A stretch of DNA of 64,000 nucleotides, from positions 1,815,849 through 1,879,848 of the forward strand of contig CBDBLX010000002.1 in NCBI GenBank assembly GCA_965207445.1, read 5' to 3'. The DNA is from Nitrosopumilus sp. (GTDB lineage Archaea; Thermoproteota; Nitrososphaeria; Nitrososphaerales; Nitrosopumilaceae). A program made the position numbers and the translations under genes. A model generated the notes under the pieces. The model saw only the letters and a program-made list of their open reading frames with translations, had not been told where the DNA came from and searched no databases. Positions 40,204 to 50,416 of the stretch are shown here, one piece after another (within the stretch, counting starts at the first letter, position 1; each line of letters begins with the position of its first letter).

Positions 40204-41635
40204 TAAGAATAACAGTAGTCTGACTGCCATAATACGACGGATCGTCTTCAAGGCAGAACCATATCTCCCACAAGTTCCAAAACCAAAGAAAAAACTCACA
40301 CTCCAGACCAGACTACTCTGGTGCGGAGTTGCGCTGCTCATATACATGGTAATGGGTCAAACACCACTATTTGGAGCAACCACACCAGAGTTTGACTTTT
40401 TGGCATTTGCAAGAGTAATATTTGCATCACAACAAGGAACCCTAGTAGAACTCGGAATAGGTCCCATAGTAACAGCAGGACTGCTCATGCAACTGCTTCG
40501 TGGATCAGAGATCCTCAAATTTGACTTTAAAAAACCCGAAGAACGCGGCATATTTCAAACTGCAACAAAGCTCGTAACATACATCATCATAGTAGCCGAA
40601 TCGATCGTATATGGAATAGCAGTGTATGGTCCAACCCTAACGGATCCATCTGTACTATACATCATGATAGGTCAACTGATGGCAGCGTCTGTTATCATCA
40701 TGTTCTTAGACGAGTTGGTACAAAAAGGATGGGGTATTGGAAGCGGAATCAGTTTGTTCATCATGGCAGGAGTAGCTCAACAGATACTGTGGAGTCTTTT
40801 CAGCCCACTACCTGCAGGGGATGGCGGTGTGATCGGTATAATACCATATACAATCCAATCGTTTATTGGAGGTGACATATCACAAATACTGTTCCGGTCA
40901 CAACAGTTGCCAAGCATATTTGGGTTGTGTCTGACAGCAGGTGTTCTACTCATACTAGTCTTTACACAAGGTATGAAGATCGAAATCCCAATAGTATCTA
41001 CCAAATACAGAGGCTTTTCTGCAGTATACCCAATCAAGATGATGTACGTCTCAAACATTCCGGTAATTCTGGCATCTGCTCTGACTGCAAATGCAGTTTT
41101 TGTATTTCAGATGTTGTGGGCAAACTTTAATCCAAGAAACAACAGCTTGTTCATGAATCTTGTCGCGCAGTTTGATCCCACTAGCCCATCATCGCCAATA
41201 GGCGGTCTGATATACTATATCACACCTCCAAGGGGGTTAGATGTAGTAGCCCTTGACCCATCAAGAGCAGTCGGATACGTGTTATTTATGATAGGAATAG
41301 TGGTAGTGTTTGGTAAATTATGGGTAGAGTTAGGTGGGCTGTCACCGAAAAGTGCAGCGCAAAACCTGCTTGATGCAGATGTCCAGATACCAGGGTTTAG
41401 ACGCTCAAACAAGCCAGTAGAAGCTCTACTCAACAAGTACATACCATCTGTCACACTTATTGGATCAATGATACTAGGGCTACTTGCAGGAGTATCAGAT
41501 GTGCTTGGTGTGTTTGGATCGGGAATTGGAATACTCTTGATGGTCGACATTTTGATTAACTACTATACACAGCTAGTACGAGAGCAGGTAGAAGTCGTCA
41601 TGCCGCGTCTGGGGGCCTTGCTTGGCAGAAAATAA
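40196..41635 (+). CDS. secY: Preprotein translocase SecY
   Basis: ELGIGPIVTAG, GWGIGSGISLFI, YVSNIPVIL, IPGFRR and multiple TM segments. Confidence 0.97.
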   Translation: MADKNNSSLTAIIRRIVFKAEPYLPQVPKPKKKLTLQTRLLWCGVALLIYMVMGQTPLFGATTPEFDFLAFARVIFASQQGTLVELGIGPIVTAGLLMQLLRGSEILKFDFKKPEERGIFQTATKLVTYIIIVAESIVYGIAVYGPTLTDPSVLYIMIGQLMAASVIIMFLDELVQKGWGIGSGISLFIMAGVAQQILWSLFSPLPAGDGGVIGIIPYTIQSFIGGDISQILFRSQQLPSIFGLCLTAGVLLILVFTQGMKIEIPIVSTKYRGFSAVYPIKMMYVSNIPVILASALTANAVFVFQMLWANFNPRNNSLFMNLVAQFDPTSPSSPIGGLIYYITPPRGLDVVALDPSRAVGYVLFMIGIVVVFGKLWVELGGLSPKSAAQNLLDADVQIPGFRRSNKPVEALLNKYIPSVTLIGSMILGLLAGVSDVLGVFGSGIGILLMVDILINYYTQLVREQVEVVMPRLGALLGRK

Positions 41636-42200
41636 GAGGATTGTCGTGGTAGGAATACCCGGCGTAGGTAAGACATCATTGTTAGAAAAGACAGTAGAGA
41701 TACTAAAACAACAAAGAAAAAACGTCACGGTAGTTAGTTTTGGAACTACAATGGTAGAGATTGCACAACAGATGGAGATCAAAGACCGAGATCAGTTACG
41801 AAAACTCCCCACATTAAAACAGCAAGAATTACAAAAAGCAGCAGCAATAATGATTGCTCAGAGAACAGAGCAGATTGTCATAATAGATACACATGCCTTT
41901 GTAAAGTCTCAGCAAGGGTATTATCCTGGATTGCCATCACATGTGCTAGATGTGATAAAACCAACGAATTTTATTGCCGTAACAGCAAGACCAGAGGAGA
42001 TATTCAGTAGACGAGTAAAAGATGTGACAAGAAACAGAGACAATGTAAACATATTGAATATTAAAAAAGAGTTAGCAGTCCAATCAGGTATGCTATCGGC
42101 ATGTGCTGTTATTACAGGCTCACCGATAAGAGTGATTCAAAATGCAGAAGGGCATATAGAAGAGGCGGCAAATAAGATAATAATGTCCATGGAGTTATAG
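41622..42200 (+). CDS. adkA: Archaeal adenylate kinase
   Basis: GIPGVGKTS, DRDQLRKL, IDTH, YYPGLP. Follows secY. Confidence 0.94.
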   Translation: MAENKRIVVVGIPGVGKTSLLEKTVEILKQQRKNVTVVSFGTTMVEIAQQMEIKDRDQLRKLPTLKQQELQKAAAIMIAQRTEQIVIIDTHAFVKSQQGYYPGLPSHVLDVIKPTNFIAVTARPEEIFSRRVKDVTRNRDNVNILNIKKELAVQSGMLSACAVITGSPIRVIQNAEGHIEEAANKIIMSMEL

Positions 42201-42238
42201 TTGTTGAGGTTTGGTGATGGTGATATGGTGATGGTGAT

Positions 42239-42961
42239 ATGGTGATGGTGATGATGATAAACGATCTTGCAATTACAATGATTGCACCAATAATGATGAC
42301 TATTGGGGCAATAGACACATCAGGAATATCTCTGATAATATCTTCTTTGAGTATAGACGGCATTACAAGCATATTGACACTGCAGTTTGACTTTTTTGGG
42401 TCAGAGCGAGGAGCACTTGGAAGCGACGATCCAGTAATCAAAGGATGGGTAATGTCTCTGTTTGTAGTAGCTGCTTTTGGTATACTGCTCAATGTGTTTA
42501 ATGCGGCAATTAGAAGAAAGATGATCGATCAGGTAAAACTCAAGCGCATGATGAAAGAGACAAGGGCATGGCAAAAAGAGAAACTAAAGGCAGCACGATC
42601 AAAGGATAATACAAAACTCGGCGAGTTGAATAAAAAGTCAGCATACATGAACAAGATGTCAATGGAATTAATGCAGATGAACATGAGACCCATGCTGATC
42701 ACATTTGTACCACTGATATTGATATTTTATTTTGTGCTACCATTTTTGTTCTCATATACAGTTGCAATATCACCAATACCACTCAATGTTATACCAGGTG
42801 AAATATTCCAACTTACATGTACAGCAGAACAAGCAGCAGATCCAGAGCACGTATGTACAGAAGAGAATGCGATATTCTTGTGGGCATGGTACTTTTTATC
42901 ATCAATTGCATTTAGCGGAATTATAATGAAGATGACAAAAACTTCGATGGATCTCAGTTGA
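42239..42961 (+). CDS. DUF106 / EMC3-TMCO1 family membrane protein
   Basis: TM - coiled coil - MRPMLITFVP - WYFLSS architecture. Conserved position after adk. Start uncertain because the N-terminus lies in a GTGATG repeat. Confidence 0.85.
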   Translation: MVMVMMINDLAITMIAPIMMTIGAIDTSGISLIISSLSIDGITSILTLQFDFFGSERGALGSDDPVIKGWVMSLFVVAAFGILLNVFNAAIRRKMIDQVKLKRMMKETRAWQKEKLKAARSKDNTKLGELNKKSAYMNKMSMELMQMNMRPMLITFVPLILIFYFVLPFLFSYTVAISPIPLNVIPGEIFQLTCTAEQAADPEHVCTEENAIFLWAWYFLSSIAFSGIIMKMTKTSMDLS

Positions 42962-43527
42962 CTGATAAATTATCCATAGTGATATCAGGACCACCGGCAG
43001 TAGGCAAGACCACACTTGCGACATCACTTGCAGCAGAGCTAAATATGAAACACGTTAGTGGGGGCGACGTACTCAAAGGAATGGCATCAAACATGGGGTA
43101 TGATGTTTCAGGTGATGATTGGTGGGACACTACAGATGGTATGAAATTTTTGCAAGAGCGTGAAGGAAATCACGACTTTGATCGTAGGCTTGATGAGCAG
43201 TTACTCAATATGTTTTATGAGGGTGGAATAGTAGTGACCAGTTATACATTGCCATGGTTGGCAAAAAGCACCAAACATAACAGAAAGATATGGTTGGATG
43301 GATCTCATACTAGTAGCACAAAAAGGATGCAGAACAGAGACTCATTGTCAGTACAACAGGCATATGAGATTACACGCAAGCGATATGACAAAAACCGTAA
43401 ACTGTACAAGGAGATATACGGATTCGAATTTGGAGTAGATATGGAAGTCTTTGATCATATAATACGTACTGATAGTATGACAGCAAAACAGGTCGTCAGT
43501 GCAGCAAAAGAGGCAATCTTAAGTTAA
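42958..43527 (+). CDS. cmk: Cytidylate kinase (archaeal type)
   Basis: SGPPAVGKTT, VSGGD, YKEIYG. Operon position. Confidence 0.9.
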   Translation: MTDKLSIVISGPPAVGKTTLATSLAAELNMKHVSGGDVLKGMASNMGYDVSGDDWWDTTDGMKFLQEREGNHDFDRRLDEQLLNMFYEGGIVVTSYTLPWLAKSTKHNRKIWLDGSHTSSTKRMQNRDSLSVQQAYEITRKRYDKNRKLYKEIYGFEFGVDMEVFDHIIRTDSMTAKQVVSAAKEAILS

Positions 43528-43969
43528 ACAAAAGTCTGATTATTAAAAGATGGTAAATGAGTACAATGGAGAGTGTATAAAACCCAATTATGAGTCATAT
43601 GATAACAAGTAAACAATAGTTGATGTGTAATTTTCTAAACACAAAAATGTACGATAAATTCGTATTTGCAATAAAAACCAAAGATTGATGATTAAAATAG
43701 TAACTTTGTAAATCAATTATATGATTGAAATAAGCAAGACTGCAAAAGACACAATTGCAAAGACTATGATAGTATCATGTGAAAATGAGGAGAATACATC
43801 CTCACATATGCAACTACCTTTTACTAGAACAGCATATTCTTGTTATGTTATATATGTGAATATTTTATACGATGTTGTATTGCAGTATATTTTATTATGT
43901 AAAATGAGTATCAAAAAAAGTGAAATTAAACATAATACAATATGGGGCAAAGATGTAGTTAGTGATGGC

Positions 43970-44041
43970 AATCATAACAAGTACAGTAATCACAGCAAGT
44001 ACAATAATCACAGCAAGTACAGTAATCACAGCAAGTACAAC
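43970..44041. repeat. 18-bp tandem repeat x4 upstream of cbf5
   Basis: AATCACAGCAAGTACA(GT/AT/AC) units. Confidence 0.9.
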
Positions 44042-44061
44042 AACACACCAGAGGCACATCC

Positions 44062-45075
44062 ATGACACACAACAATACATCAACACAACTGCCAAAACAG
44101 TTAGACGGACTAGTCGAGTTGAACCAAGATGTAACAGATATCAAATACGGCACATACTATAACAAAAGAAGCATAGAACAGCTCTTAAACTATGGAATCA
44201 TAATACTTGACAAGCCACCCGGCCCAACAAGTCATGAAACTGTCGCATGGGTAAAACGTATACTAAACATTCCAAAGATAGGACATAGTGGAACACTAGA
44301 CCCCCAAGTATCAGGTGTACTGCCATTGGGACTAGGTGAGGCTACTAAAGCACTAGGCGTACTATTACTAGGCCCAAAAGAGTACCATGCACTAGGACGG
44401 ATACACTCACTTGCCAAAAAAGACGAATTAGATAGAGTGATGAAGATGCTACAGGGTCAGATATATCAAAAACCTCCACAGAGATCAGCAGTACTGCGAC
44501 AGACACGAACACGCACCATATACGAGTTTGAGTTGTTGGAGCAAAGAGAACGTTTGCTCTTGACACGCATACTATGCGAATCAGGCACATATGTCAGAAA
44601 ACTATATTATGATATGGGTGAGATACTAGGGCCAGGCGCTACAATGATAGAGTTGCGGCGTACACGAGTAAATCAATTTTTAGAGATAAATGAAAAGATG
44701 ACAACTATGCATGAGTTAACAGACGCATATGCTAGATGGAAAGAAGAAGGTGACGAATCTAAATTATATAGTATGATAAGACCAGTAGAGGATGCACTAA
44801 GTGAGATAAAGTCAATAGTAATAGGTGATGCGGCAGTAGATGCGATGTGTCATGGTGCACAGTTGGCAATACCAGGTATCTTGCGCGCTCATCCAAACTT
44901 GAAAAAAGGAGATTTGGTAGGAATATACACACAAAAAGGCGAAGCAGTTGCATTGGCAGAAGCTACAATGAGTCTAGATGAGATTGTAGATGCTGCAAAG
45001 GGATATGCATTTGAGACAAGGCGGATAATTATGATGCCAGGTACGTATCCAAAACGATGGAAGAGTAAAAAATAA
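44062..45075 (+). CDS. cbf5: H/ACA pseudouridine synthase Cbf5 (TruB family)
   Basis: DKPPGPTSHE, GHSGTLDP, QKPPQRSAV, GTYVRKL, PUA domain. Confidence 0.96.
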   Translation: MTHNNTSTQLPKQLDGLVELNQDVTDIKYGTYYNKRSIEQLLNYGIIILDKPPGPTSHETVAWVKRILNIPKIGHSGTLDPQVSGVLPLGLGEATKALGVLLLGPKEYHALGRIHSLAKKDELDRVMKMLQGQIYQKPPQRSAVLRQTRTRTIYEFELLEQRERLLLTRILCESGTYVRKLYYDMGEILGPGATMIELRRTRVNQFLEINEKMTTMHELTDAYARWKEEGDESKLYSMIRPVEDALSEIKSIVIGDAAVDAMCHGAQLAIPGILRAHPNLKKGDLVGIYTQKGEAVALAEATMSLDEIVDAAKGYAFETRRIIMMPGTYPKRWKSKK

Positions 45076-45085
45076 GAATAGGCAG

Positions 45086-45184
45086 TCAGGATTCTATGGC
45101 TGCTATAGCTTGAGAGATGGCTGCCTTTGCTGTAGGGTCTGTTGTACGGGCTTCAATTTCCCGCAATCTAGCAATATCTGCCAT
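45086..45184 (-). CDS. Possible 32-aa helical small protein (not in ORF track)
   Basis: MADIARLREIEARTTDPTAKAAISQAIAAIES*, with a TTTTATAA box 23-30 bp upstream on the minus strand. Confidence 0.55.
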   Translation of the reverse strand: MADIARLREIEARTTDPTAKAAISQAIAAIES

Positions 45185-45217
45185 GCATGTGATATAGTAA
45201 CAAGCCTTATAAAATTT

Positions 45218-45298
45218 GTAACCGTTCAACGTCTTCCCAAATTTAGGCACAAATTCATCGCCTAACGTCTGGCGCAGGTACGGGGGTTGAACGGTTAC
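45218..45298. mobile_element. 81-bp MITE family copy
   Basis: Perfect 13-bp inverted ends, opposite orientation to the 25356/46485/54170 copies. Confidence 0.92.
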
Positions 45299-45368
45299 AT
45301 TTCAACATCGATTAAAAAATAAAAAGGGGTGAAAAAGAGAAAGAAGGAAAGAAATAGTAGTGTGACTA

Positions 45369-46049
45369 ATGGTTGCAAAAAATTTACTGAGATTTGTAGG
45401 AGTAGGTATACTGTCAGGTTTGGTACTAGGATTGTATATGTTAGACACTAAAGGTGAGTTTGGCGCTGGAATAATTACAATAACAGATGAGCCGTCAATA
45501 TCCATACTGTCTGAAAAACCCACATTCAAAGACGGAGAAGAGATAACATTTCGTATAGTGAATTCAGGAAACGTGCCACTGTACTCTGAGAAAGACAGCA
45601 TATATGGCGCCATCATTACAGGATTATCTGGAATACCCATATACGTTTTTGAAGAACAAAATACAACGACAGGGGAAAATCAGAATCAAGAACAGCAGAA
45701 AGAACAGCAGAAAGAACAGCAACGACAGATGATCTCAGATTGGCGTAAATGTGGGCAGTTCAAAATAACGCCAAATACAGATAAAAATAATTACTATTTT
45801 ACTGTCCATACTCAAACTGAGGACATAAAACTTTACATAGAATCAAAAGCAACCATAACAGAACAGGATACAACACAGCCACTTTTGCCAGGTGACGAGA
45901 TACAGATATCATGGAATCAAACAAGGCATGATGGGAATAAAGTACAGGCAGGAGTTTACAAGATTAGTTTACAAGCAATTGCAATAAACATGGCAGACTG
46001 TAGCATTCATACTACTATAAAAGATTCCAATACAATAACTATCCAATAA
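45369..46049 (+). CDS. Membrane-anchored hypothetical protein, probable Ig-like fold
   Basis: N-terminal TM, GEEITFRIVNSG, WNQ...G.KVQAGVYKI. Gln-rich 12-bp repeat insert. Confidence 0.7.
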   Translation: MVAKNLLRFVGVGILSGLVLGLYMLDTKGEFGAGIITITDEPSISILSEKPTFKDGEEITFRIVNSGNVPLYSEKDSIYGAIITGLSGIPIYVFEEQNTTTGENQNQEQQKEQQKEQQRQMISDWRKCGQFKITPNTDKNNYYFTVHTQTEDIKLYIESKATITEQDTTQPLLPGDEIQISWNQTRHDGNKVQAGVYKISLQAIAINMADCSIHTTIKDSNTITIQ

Positions 46050-46363
46050 CGCATCAAAAATAATACCACGTAATACATATAGATATTATTGTAAAACATC
46101 ACAATGCAACTACAATAACTACAATAACTACATAATCACATTATATTAAATTATATCAAAAATAAACGCTCATAACCAAAACCACACATAATGTAAATTG
46201 AACAGAAGCTAATCAGAATTAATAATTTATACATTTACCAAATATGCAAAACAGACAACAATATCACAGTAACAAGAGTACAATTACCTCAAAAAGCAAA
46301 ATTTACTGACAGACAATACATCAACCCTAGATATATAATCAAACCAAACATTCCACAGTGTAT

Positions 46364-46464
46364 GCCGGGGTCGCCTAGCCTGGTAGGGCGCGCGCCTGGA
46401 AATTAATCACCATAAAGCGCGTTCTCGAAAGGGAACGGGAGTTCAAATCTCCCTCCCGGCGCCA
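46364..46464 (+). tRNA. tRNA-Ser(GGA) with 14-nt intron at 37/38 (46402-46415), encoded CCA
   Basis: Acceptor GCCGGGG/TCCCGGC, anticodon stem CGCGC/GCGCG, CT-GGA-A loop, long variable arm TTCTC-GAAA-GGGAA, T arm GGGAG-TTCAAAT-CTCCC, discriminator G. Confidence 0.93.
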
Positions 46465-46484
46465 ATCTTTTTAAAAATAAAGTT

Positions 46485-46565
46485 GTAACCGTTCAATTTC
46501 CGTGCCTGCACCAGACGTTAGACGGTGAATCTGTGCCTAAATTTGAGGATGGGTTGAACGGTTAC
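46485..46565. mobile_element. 81-bp MITE family copy, 20 bp downstream of tRNA-Ser
   Basis: GTAACCGTTCAA...TTGAACGGTTAC, 81 bp. Confidence 0.9.
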
Positions 46566-47134
46566 AGTAGAGTCATATGTTTAATTTTAATAGTTGAATC
46601 AAAAAATATAATCGACTAGTAGACAATCAAATAAAGCAATTCAGTTATACATGTACAAACAATTAAACAAACAATCAAACAAACATTACATTCATCAAAA
46701 AAACAACAGTACGAAACTATTCAAACACAAATCACACATAAAAACAGCAACATTTAGGAAATCTAAATGAACGAGATCTAGGATCTATAATATCTGGTTA
46801 AATAATAACTGGCATCATATTAACAGTAATATTGTTTGTCGTGATTTTAGTAATAATAACAGCATACATATCCATAGCAGAATTAAAAAAAGAGTGTCAA
46901 AAATGCATAAAATATATGAGTTCAATATATACATATAAAAAAAATAAAAGTATTGTTTTTAGTAATTCCATAAAGATGATAAATCACAAAATTAATATTT
47001 CAAAAAATTAACAAAACGACGATCATCAAAACAAAACACCAAATTAACCATCTTGACTTGAAAGTGTGATAAAAATCCCCCAGATGTCAAAACATAACAG
47101 CAATACTTTTTGACAAGCACAGGATATCATCACT

Positions 47135-47791
47135 ATGGAATTAAAGAGAATATGTCACGGAGAATGTAAAAAATATCGCGTCAATAAACCAACCAAAAAA
47201 GGAAGATACGCATCTGGTCAAACTAGATGTCAGATATGCGATATATGGATAGACTACAGAGGAGCGCACGTTGCAGATGGCTCGCCTGCAACCAAAAACT
47301 CAACTGGATGGTACTGCAATTGTTGCAACTATCGACTTCGACAAAACCCACGAAATATCGAATACAAAGCAAGGCTACGTAAATTAAAGAGAAAGGAATC
47401 GATCGAAGACGTAGACTTTACGTATTTTAGCAAGCGCCGTGCTCGTATGCTTCAAGAGTTGGGTCGCATAATAATAAAAAACGAACACCTAGATGATGAA
47501 AAAATAAAGGGAATACTCATAACATATGATGAGATAGAATTTGAGTTTAGTACAAGTATAGATGTCTTAATCAACCTTGTACGGACTACGGACCCCCCAA
47601 ACAAAGCATCAATGATTGCAGAATTTGAGCGCATCAGAAACATAATAAAACGTACACCCACAAAGCAAGACATTACAGAGCACTCACCTTTGCATGTAGT
47701 AGAATATGAAAAAGAGTTCGAGTCATGGGAGCATATGCTAGATAGGATGGGTTATGATCCATGGTACAGAGATGAACCCAAGTTCGATTAA
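47135..47791 (+). CDS. Cys-rich N-terminal zinc-finger protein with C-terminal homing-endonuclease-associated-type repeat
   Basis: CHGEC, CQIC, CNCC. The C-terminal RTPTKQDI...YEKEFESWEHML resembles the 'TPT...Y...FGSW' repeat. Confidence 0.6.
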   Translation: MELKRICHGECKKYRVNKPTKKGRYASGQTRCQICDIWIDYRGAHVADGSPATKNSTGWYCNCCNYRLRQNPRNIEYKARLRKLKRKESIEDVDFTYFSKRRARMLQELGRIIIKNEHLDDEKIKGILITYDEIEFEFSTSIDVLINLVRTTDPPNKASMIAEFERIRNIIKRTPTKQDITEHSPLHVVEYEKEFESWEHMLDRMGYDPWYRDEPKFD

Positions 47792-48557
47792 CAAATAACT
47801 CAGATGGGTATTTTGATATAACTGATGTGTAATTTTTTATCTTTGCATCAGTAGTAGTGTTTGGTAGATTAATCTTATCAGGGTACTGATATATGGCTAG
47901 TCTAGCCAAAAATTCATCTCTTGTATAGTCTGTAATATCAGAAACAAATGCTTGTATTGTGTCACGCTCAGAGGACACCAGTATAACTGCCCGATTTATA
48001 CGGATTCCAGTGAGTTCCTCATACATTATAGAATACGCTGCTGCCTGCAAAAAGTAATCAGAAATCCACTCGAATCGTTGCGGCGATCTCTTTGTCTTGT
48101 AATCAATTATACTTAGTACACCATTATACTCTGCAATACAATCAGAGGTTCCTGCTATCTGAAGTGTGTCAGAGTGCAATATCATCTCAATACCATGTAT
48201 ATTATCTATCTTGTCCAAATATGGCTTAAAATTCTCATGGTGTGCACGTGCCAAGAGTCGTGTCTCATCAGTATGATCATCAGATGTGACACCATATAGA
48301 TAATCTTCATTGAGTTTGTGTGCCTGTGTGCCTACAATAGCAGACTCGTGTAATATGTAATCAGCAACGGCATTACCTAGTGACTGTCGCCACTCCTCTA
48401 ACTGTTGTGTAACCTTTTGATCCTTTGTATTATTCAAGATAGTAGTCACAGAATCATATACATGCTTTCCATCAGGAGTTTGATACTTGTGCCCAGGAAT
48501 CATACGGGCAGATTGAAATTTGTCTGAATCAGAAGAGATGTGCTTAAAGCGTGCCAT
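47673..48557 (-). CDS. PD-(D/E)XK exonuclease, MGME1/phage exonuclease-like
   Basis: SVTTIL, GTQAH, AGTSDCIAEYNGVLSIIDYKT, DYFLQAAAY. Confidence 0.85.
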   Translation of the reverse strand: MARFKHISSDSDKFQSARMIPGHKYQTPDGKHVYDSVTTILNNTKDQKVTQQLEEWRQSLGNAVADYILHESAIVGTQAHKLNEDYLYGVTSDDHTDETRLLARAHHENFKPYLDKIDNIHGIEMILHSDTLQIAGTSDCIAEYNGVLSIIDYKTKRSPQRFEWISDYFLQAAAYSIMYEELTGIRINRAVILVSSERDTIQAFVSDITDYTRDEFLARLAIYQYPDKINLPNTTTDAKIKNYTSVISKYPSELFVNRTWVHLCTMDHNPSYLAYAPMTRTLFHILLHAKVSAL

Positions 48558-48637
48558 GTAGATGCTATTTACTCTTGGTTATTTTTGTCATTGGTATGAT
48601 TTTTTATATCATTACTTGTCAAACTCACAAAATTAGT

Positions 48638-50017
48638 CTAATTATCATACAATCTATCACACACATCAGAGAACTTCCAGATGCCACACTGCGCATCCCT
48701 GTTTTGTATATGCAAAAGGCCTTTACGCGCCAAAATATCTACTGCATGTATTGAAAATGGCAATACACCCGTTGCACCAGGTGAGTTATAGTTTAAGATA
48801 TGAAAAGAGGGATCAGATTCATTTGTCATAACAATTGCATCAGGTATGAACTTGCCATCATCTCCAATCACAGACGATCTTATTCCAGCAGTCCCTCTTG
48901 TCTTGAAATGATCGGCATTGATACTTGGTAAAAATCGTTTTACTCTGTTTATCATCGCAGACTTTGAGAGTGATGAGTGTATCTCACCGATAACTAAATT
49001 TTGAAACTGCCGATCAAACATTGCCTTTATGGCACCAGATCCGATCATCTCCATGGCTTTTGGTAAAAATTCACGAATATTCTCAGAATAATCATACCCG
49101 TATGGACTAAACACAGGTACAGCATTAGGTCCAATTTCGCATCTGCCATCAACACGTATAATCCAATGCGGATCCAAAAATGGATAATCAGGAAACTCTG
49201 GAACAGAATACACACTAGTCTTTGTTATCATTTCATATTCAGTCGGAGCCTTCCAATACTCACCTCTAAAATGCACATCAGTTAATTCAGAGCATAGTCC
49301 AAGTCCATGCGCAACATCAACGGACTCACCTCCTGCAGCATTTATCAAAAGGTTGCATCTTACAAGATCAGCATTGCTACTTGCCTGGCGGTGTTTTCTA
49401 CCTACCCCGATGGTATCACCGGATACAGGTACATCGGCAAGTATCTGCCACTGTCCATTGACACGACGAATGTCTACTGCACGTCTATTCAAGAAAAATA
49501 CAGTACCATATTGTTGACTGTCACTCATCAATGATTGCGTCAGTGTCCGATAGTCTACAGACCCCTCCTTGTGTACCACAAGTGCAGCAATACATTTGAG
49601 ATTGGGCTCTATCTTAGACATCTCAGTATTAGATAACAATTGTATCTCTGAGTTGTCCTGCAGACCATTTTCTAGTCCCCATTTCATGTATTTTTCCAAT
49701 GTGGAGATATCCTTGTCTTGAACTGCCACCTCTACGACACCATCATGTTTGAATGGTAAATTTTTGTCACTGGCATATTCACGCCACATATCATATCCAT
49801 AAAATGCGGCCTTTGCAAGGAGTCTCTTTTTTTGAGGGTTATACAGGTATGGTGCATGTATCTTGCCGGTGTTTCTTCCACTAGTATGAAATGCAACGTG
49901 TGGTGACTGTTCTATTACCGCCACACTCTTTGCAGCATGCAGTGCAGAGATAAAATAAGACAGAGATGTGCCCAAAATTCCACCACCTATAATAACAACA
50001 TCAAATGTTCGATCCAA
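48638..50017 (-). CDS. FAD-dependent oxidoreductase (L-2-hydroxyglutarate oxidase/LhgO-like)
   Basis: IIGGGILG, HTSGRNTGKIH, INAAG, FRGEY, IGPNA, AGIR, SPGATG. Confidence 0.85.
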   Translation of the reverse strand: MDRTFDVVIIGGGILGTSLSYFISALHAAKSVAVIEQSPHVAFHTSGRNTGKIHAPYLYNPQKKRLLAKAAFYGYDMWREYASDKNLPFKHDGVVEVAVQDKDISTLEKYMKWGLENGLQDNSEIQLLSNTEMSKIEPNLKCIAALVVHKEGSVDYRTLTQSLMSDSQQYGTVFFLNRRAVDIRRVNGQWQILADVPVSGDTIGVGRKHRQASSNADLVRCNLLINAAGGESVDVAHGLGLCSELTDVHFRGEYWKAPTEYEMITKTSVYSVPEFPDYPFLDPHWIIRVDGRCEIGPNAVPVFSPYGYDYSENIREFLPKAMEMIGSGAIKAMFDRQFQNLVIGEIHSSLSKSAMINRVKRFLPSINADHFKTRGTAGIRSSVIGDDGKFIPDAIVMTNESDPSFHILNYNSPGATGVLPFSIHAVDILARKGLLHIQNRDAQCGIWKFSDVCDRLYDN

Positions 50018-50284
50018 TTACTAAATCTACAAAGAGATAGATAATAAACGCGCCACTAATTTAGCTAAATTAGATAAATGTGTAATGTATAATACAGATC
50101 AATCAGATCACAAGTATTGTAATTATCTAAGTAAAATAAAAAAAGATGACGACAGTTCAAATAAGCAAAATTCATCAATCAATAGATATACTTTTAATGT
50201 ACATGTAAAAATTACAGTGGGGATTATATATGATTATAGTAAAAATCACATGTGATTATAGTAAAAATCATATAAAGAACTAGA

Positions 50285-50369
50285 GTAACCGTTCAATCCA
50301 CAATTTGCCTGCGCCAGACATTAGACGGCGAATCTATGCCTAAATTTAGAAGAGGGATTAAACGACTAC
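50285..50369. mobile_element. 81-bp MITE family copy (85 bp, diverged)
   Basis: GTAACCGTTCAA...CCTGCGCCAGAC...GCCTAAATTT...AACGACTAC. Confidence 0.85.
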
Positions 50370-50416
50370 ATATGGATTGATAAACAAAAATATTCTACAA
50401 TTATCTTAAAGAATAC

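Noticed and set aside
42958..44062. Absence of rpl34e and rpl14e as gene loss specific to this genome
   Set aside because: These genes are known to be missing in Nitrosopumilales generally.
47673..48557. Cas4
   Set aside because: It has the PD-(D/E)XK core but lacks the four Fe-S cysteines, and there is no CRISPR context.
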